From: Vicugna vicugna
Taxonomy: Eukaryota
Length of the DNA stretch: 64,000 nucleotides
Assembly: GCA_013265495.1 (NCBI GenBank)
Contig: MU058824.1
Coordinates: 5,172,691-5,236,690, forward strand
Direction: 5' to 3'
Part shown: positions 60,701 through 64,000 of the stretch, piece after piece
Position numbering within the stretch: position 1 is the stretch's first letter
Layout: every line of letters starts with the position of its first letter
Notes under the pieces: generated by a model
What the model saw: the letters and a program-made list of their open reading frames with translations, nothing else
What the model was told of the DNA's origin: nothing
Databases searched by the model: none
Made by a program: the position numbers and the translations under genes

Positions 60701-62334
60701 AGGCCACGTGTTGGAATGACAAAGGAGCCCCATGGCATGGCACTGCCTTTGATGGAGAAGAATGAAGAGGATGTTAATGTAGAGGCAGGAAGGAAGAATG
60801 AGAAATGGCAAGGGGGACTGGTACAGGGAGGGGGATGGTTGATACAGAAAATGAAGTACTGATAGAGGGGGATGAAGGATGACAAATGGAAATGGCTGAG
60901 GTGGCAGATGAGTTACCAGTGTGTTTAAAGGGAGAGATGTAGAGAGTTGAAATACTAGAGGAGATGTTTGTGGAAAATGGATGCCTGAAAGATTTGGTAT
61001 GGGAAATGAATGATGAGGGGTGCAATTCATTCAAATGTAAGGGTAGGGTAGAAGATAGTTCTTACATGTAATTGGGGATGAGATGAGGATGAGATGGAGG
61101 AAGTAGGTAGACAATGGAGGGGGATGTGACATGGAGAATTTGACTTGTTACAGGTATGAGTGCCCTTCTCCAGAGGGACTTACCGAAACTTTACAAACCC
61201 ATTCAGCGTCCACGCTCGAAGTTTTAAGGGCTCCAGCTGAATTTTAAACATCAAGCTGGCTAAGAAGTCTTCTCCCCAGAAGTGTGGGAAGCTCCGGAAA
61301 GCTCCTCGGGCCTGTAGTGGGGGTGCTGCTGCGGATGGGCAGGAGAGCACTGTGCGCTTAAACATGCCCAGCCCAGCCCCTCACCTCTGATTGCTCCACT
61401 GGAGCCTGCTCGGAAAGCTGCAGCTCTGGAAGCCACCTCCTCAGGTTCTCAGAGGCGCTTGCCCAGCAAGGCCTGTCCGGTGCAGCAGGAGCTGAACCTG
61501 ATCCCCAGGTGTGGAGAATGAAAGGATAGGGTCCAGCAGCCACCTGCTCTCAGGTGAAGGAGTGTCTGGCTGATTGTGAATGGCTGTATGGCAGTGTGAC
61601 AGTAAGGCTGGCAGTGCGAAGAGTGTATGCTTGTGAGTGGCAGCGTGTGTACCTGTGACAGGTGTGATTGTCTGTGAGGGCCTAAGAGGCAGTGAGTTCC
61701 TCTTGCCTCTCCGGGGAGGACCAGACCCCAATCCCCAAGAACCTACTCAATGAAGTCACTGACGGGGAGTCTCCTCCCTCGCAGATGGGCGGGGCGGGGC
61801 GGGGAGGGGGAGAGCTCGCCGGGACAAAAGGCGCGGCGGGGAGAGGAAGGGAAGAGAGGGGAGGGGGTTCGGGCGGGGGAGGGTGGTCGGTGATGTCACC
61901 GGCACTGACTGGCAGGGCCGGCTCAGAAACGCCTCCGCCCCGCGGAACCCAATGCAACCCAGCCTGACCCTTCCCGGGCTCAGATGCCGGCTGCCCCCCA
62001 CCCCCCGTAAGAGGGTTGCGGACATCGAACACATTGCAGACCCCGAGTCCCCACACCCCCACAGCAGAACAGCTGTTGGGCCCTCAGTGTCCCAACCCCC
62101 AGACACCAGGACCCCTGGCTTCGTGACGCCCCCGCTCCCGGGACCCCAAAGTCCTGGATCGACGCCCTCACCAGTGAGGAGCTGCGGGCACCGCCGCGGT
62201 CCGTCAGACAGCCGCTGCCCCCTCCCCCGGCTCCGGCTCCGCCGCCTCCACTCGGGACAGGAGTCGCCTGCCCGCCGGCGGCAGACAGCGGGCCCGGGAA
62301 CCCGCCCCCACGGCTCCGCCTCCGCGGTGCCCAT
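54792..62334 (-). CDS. DNAJB5: DnaJ homolog subfamily B member 5 (HSP40 co-chaperone); 348-aa core from ATG 58795, with 420-aa (ATG 61365) and 462-aa (ATG 62334) N-terminally extended forms
   Basis: Exons 62334-62172, 61365 (or acceptor 61328)-61184, 58829-58585, 55744-55143 and 55025-54792, all GT-AG and in frame. J-domain [10 protein letters not shown]...[30 protein letters not shown] region, C-terminal [15 protein letters not shown]...ILKQHLPCS*. Confidence 0.97.
58905..59035 (+). mobile_element. MIR/MIR3 SINE fragment
   Basis: gggcctctgtctccccatcagtaaaatgaaaggtttggactagatgatctcttccagctctgacattcta. Confidence 0.7.
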
Positions 62335-62720
62335 TGCGCCGTCTGCTCATCACTCAGCTCAGCCTCTGCTGTAATTGGACAGCTTTCAACGAGTGGCTCT
62401 GTGATAGCCGCCCATTCTCCGCCCCTGTCACCCGCCACACGCGCACACATTCTGGGCAGTGACTGGTGTGGGTCTGATTGGTGCATTCTGGGATCAGTCA
62501 ACCACACCTCTTTGCTAGCTCGTCGTGTCACTGGTGAAAGGGACAGAGGGAGGTAATTCCACGCGCCCTTTGATTTTATTGGTTGGTCTGTGGGGCTCAG
62601 ACCCGAGTCGGGGGACAACTATTTTAGTCCAATCTCTGGTTTGAGAAGGTGGGGCGTACTGGCCACTGCTCGAATCCCGGGAGAACCTTCTGGAACCCGT
62701 GCAACGTCAAAGACAGCCTT
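61760..62720 (-). promoter_or_regulatory. DNAJB5 CpG-island promoter / exon 1
   Basis: CpG-dense, with tandem GGGGCGGGGC boxes (61787-61810), several CCAAT/ATTGG boxes (62374, 62477, 62578, 62629) and exon-1 donor CTG|GTGAGG at 62171. Confidence 0.8.
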
Positions 62721-64000
62721 AAAGGAAAACTGCACCTACCAGTTTGCGGTGACTCTGGGCATTCTTTACTTTCTTCATTTAGGAGGGTAGGGGAGAGGAT
62801 AGTGCACTCTGGGAGGTGTAGTCCCTGGGCCAGGATCAAATGGTCACCCCTTCTTACCTGCCTTCCATTGAATTGTGAACTAACCTCTCCCTGACCTGAA
62901 TGAGCTTTACCTTATCTTGACCCGGAGTTGACCTGATGTGACCTAACTGGATATCAAAACAGACCCGGGTAGACGTGCGGAGTTAAGTACCTTCCTGTCT
63001 CTTCTTTGTAACCCGTTGTTCTCCAAAGGTTTAGCACCTCCATAATTCCTTTCCTGAGTCTCCTTTTCATTCTCTGTATAATCCCCTCATCCCTGCTCCT
63101 CCATGAGCAGCCCCTTCTCAGCAACCCCCACAGTCCCTATTAAAGTTCTACCTATAATCTTTCATCCTTCTTCCCCTTTGAGTTCCCACGTTTTAGCCCC
63201 CTTTTACTGTCCCCTCTTCTTAGCCCTATATGATCTCCTGTCTTTCCCCATGATCCTCTGTCTTATCCTATTTTTAATCCTTTACTCCCATGAACTCCCC
63301 TATCCTAGTCGCCGCTTTAATCCTTCATCTCAGCTCCACATGATCTCCTTTCTTAACACCTTCAGAATCTCCTATCTCAGTACCTCCCCACCCCCATTAA
63401 ATCTCAGCCCCAGTGTCCCCGATGTTCAGAGCAAGCAGGGCTGCGGAGGCGGTCGCCAGCGGAAGCCGACGCTTAGCAGACACAGTGCCTGGCGCCCACG
63501 TCACTGTCTCCCCGGCCCATCTGTGCTAGAAGAAGCGGGGGTAGGGAGGAGGTAATCTGGGGGTGAAGAGGGGGAGGAGTTCATGGGGGGAGGTTTGAGG
63601 ACAAAGGAAGGACCAGAGCAGAAGCTCTCACATACCTTTCTTTCTATGAGGTTTCCCAGAGACAGTTTGGACACCCATGTGGTCGTTCAAACTGAATAGA
63701 GCTGGAAACAGGCTTGGAGAGCATCAGTACCTAGGCCACAGAGTAGAGCAGAGCAGGAGAAAGGTCTAGGGATCCTGAGGTCAGGTCTACGTATCCTCCC
63801 TTACCTGCTTTCTTTCTAATACTCACTATGGGGATCCCAGGTGTAAAGGGGTGTGAGGTGTGAAGGAAGTGTGGTAAGAGGAGGATGGAGAGGAGGCAGA
63901 TAAGGGGGATAAGGAGAGGAGGGGGGCAAGATGGGGTAGGGGATATAGGGAGGAGAGGTGGGGTGAGAGGGATCACAAGAGGTAGGAGGGAGATGGGGAG

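Overview
Mammalian genomic DNA syntenic with human 9p13.3. No Alu, B1/B2, SINEC, PRE1 or Bov-tA SINEs were recognised, so it is probably a non-primate, non-rodent placental; the species cannot be determined here. Gene order: 3' end of PIGO (+), complete FANCG (+, 14 exons, 626 aa), complete VCP/p97 (+, 17 exons, 806 aa), SPATA31G1/C9orf131 (-, 2 coding exons, ~1231 aa), an orphan CpG island (~37.0-37.8 kb), a decayed SPATA31-family unprocessed pseudogene (+, ~42.7-53.4 kb) split by a nested L1 block, and complete DNAJB5 (-) with its CpG-island promoter. Main oddities: (1) VCP encodes His at residue 95, where human Arg95 is a disease hotspot; (2) the VCP promoter plus exon 1 occurs twice as a near-perfect ~858-bp tandem copy, real or an assembly artefact; (3) PIGO lacks its usual stop and gains a 44-aa tail ending in -SKL; (4) the SPATA31 pseudogene, invisible in the ORF track, contains a diverged copy of the DNAJB5 3'UTR end. 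All comparisons to human proteins and repeat consensus sequences are from recall and need checking by alignment. No prokaryotic-type system was found.
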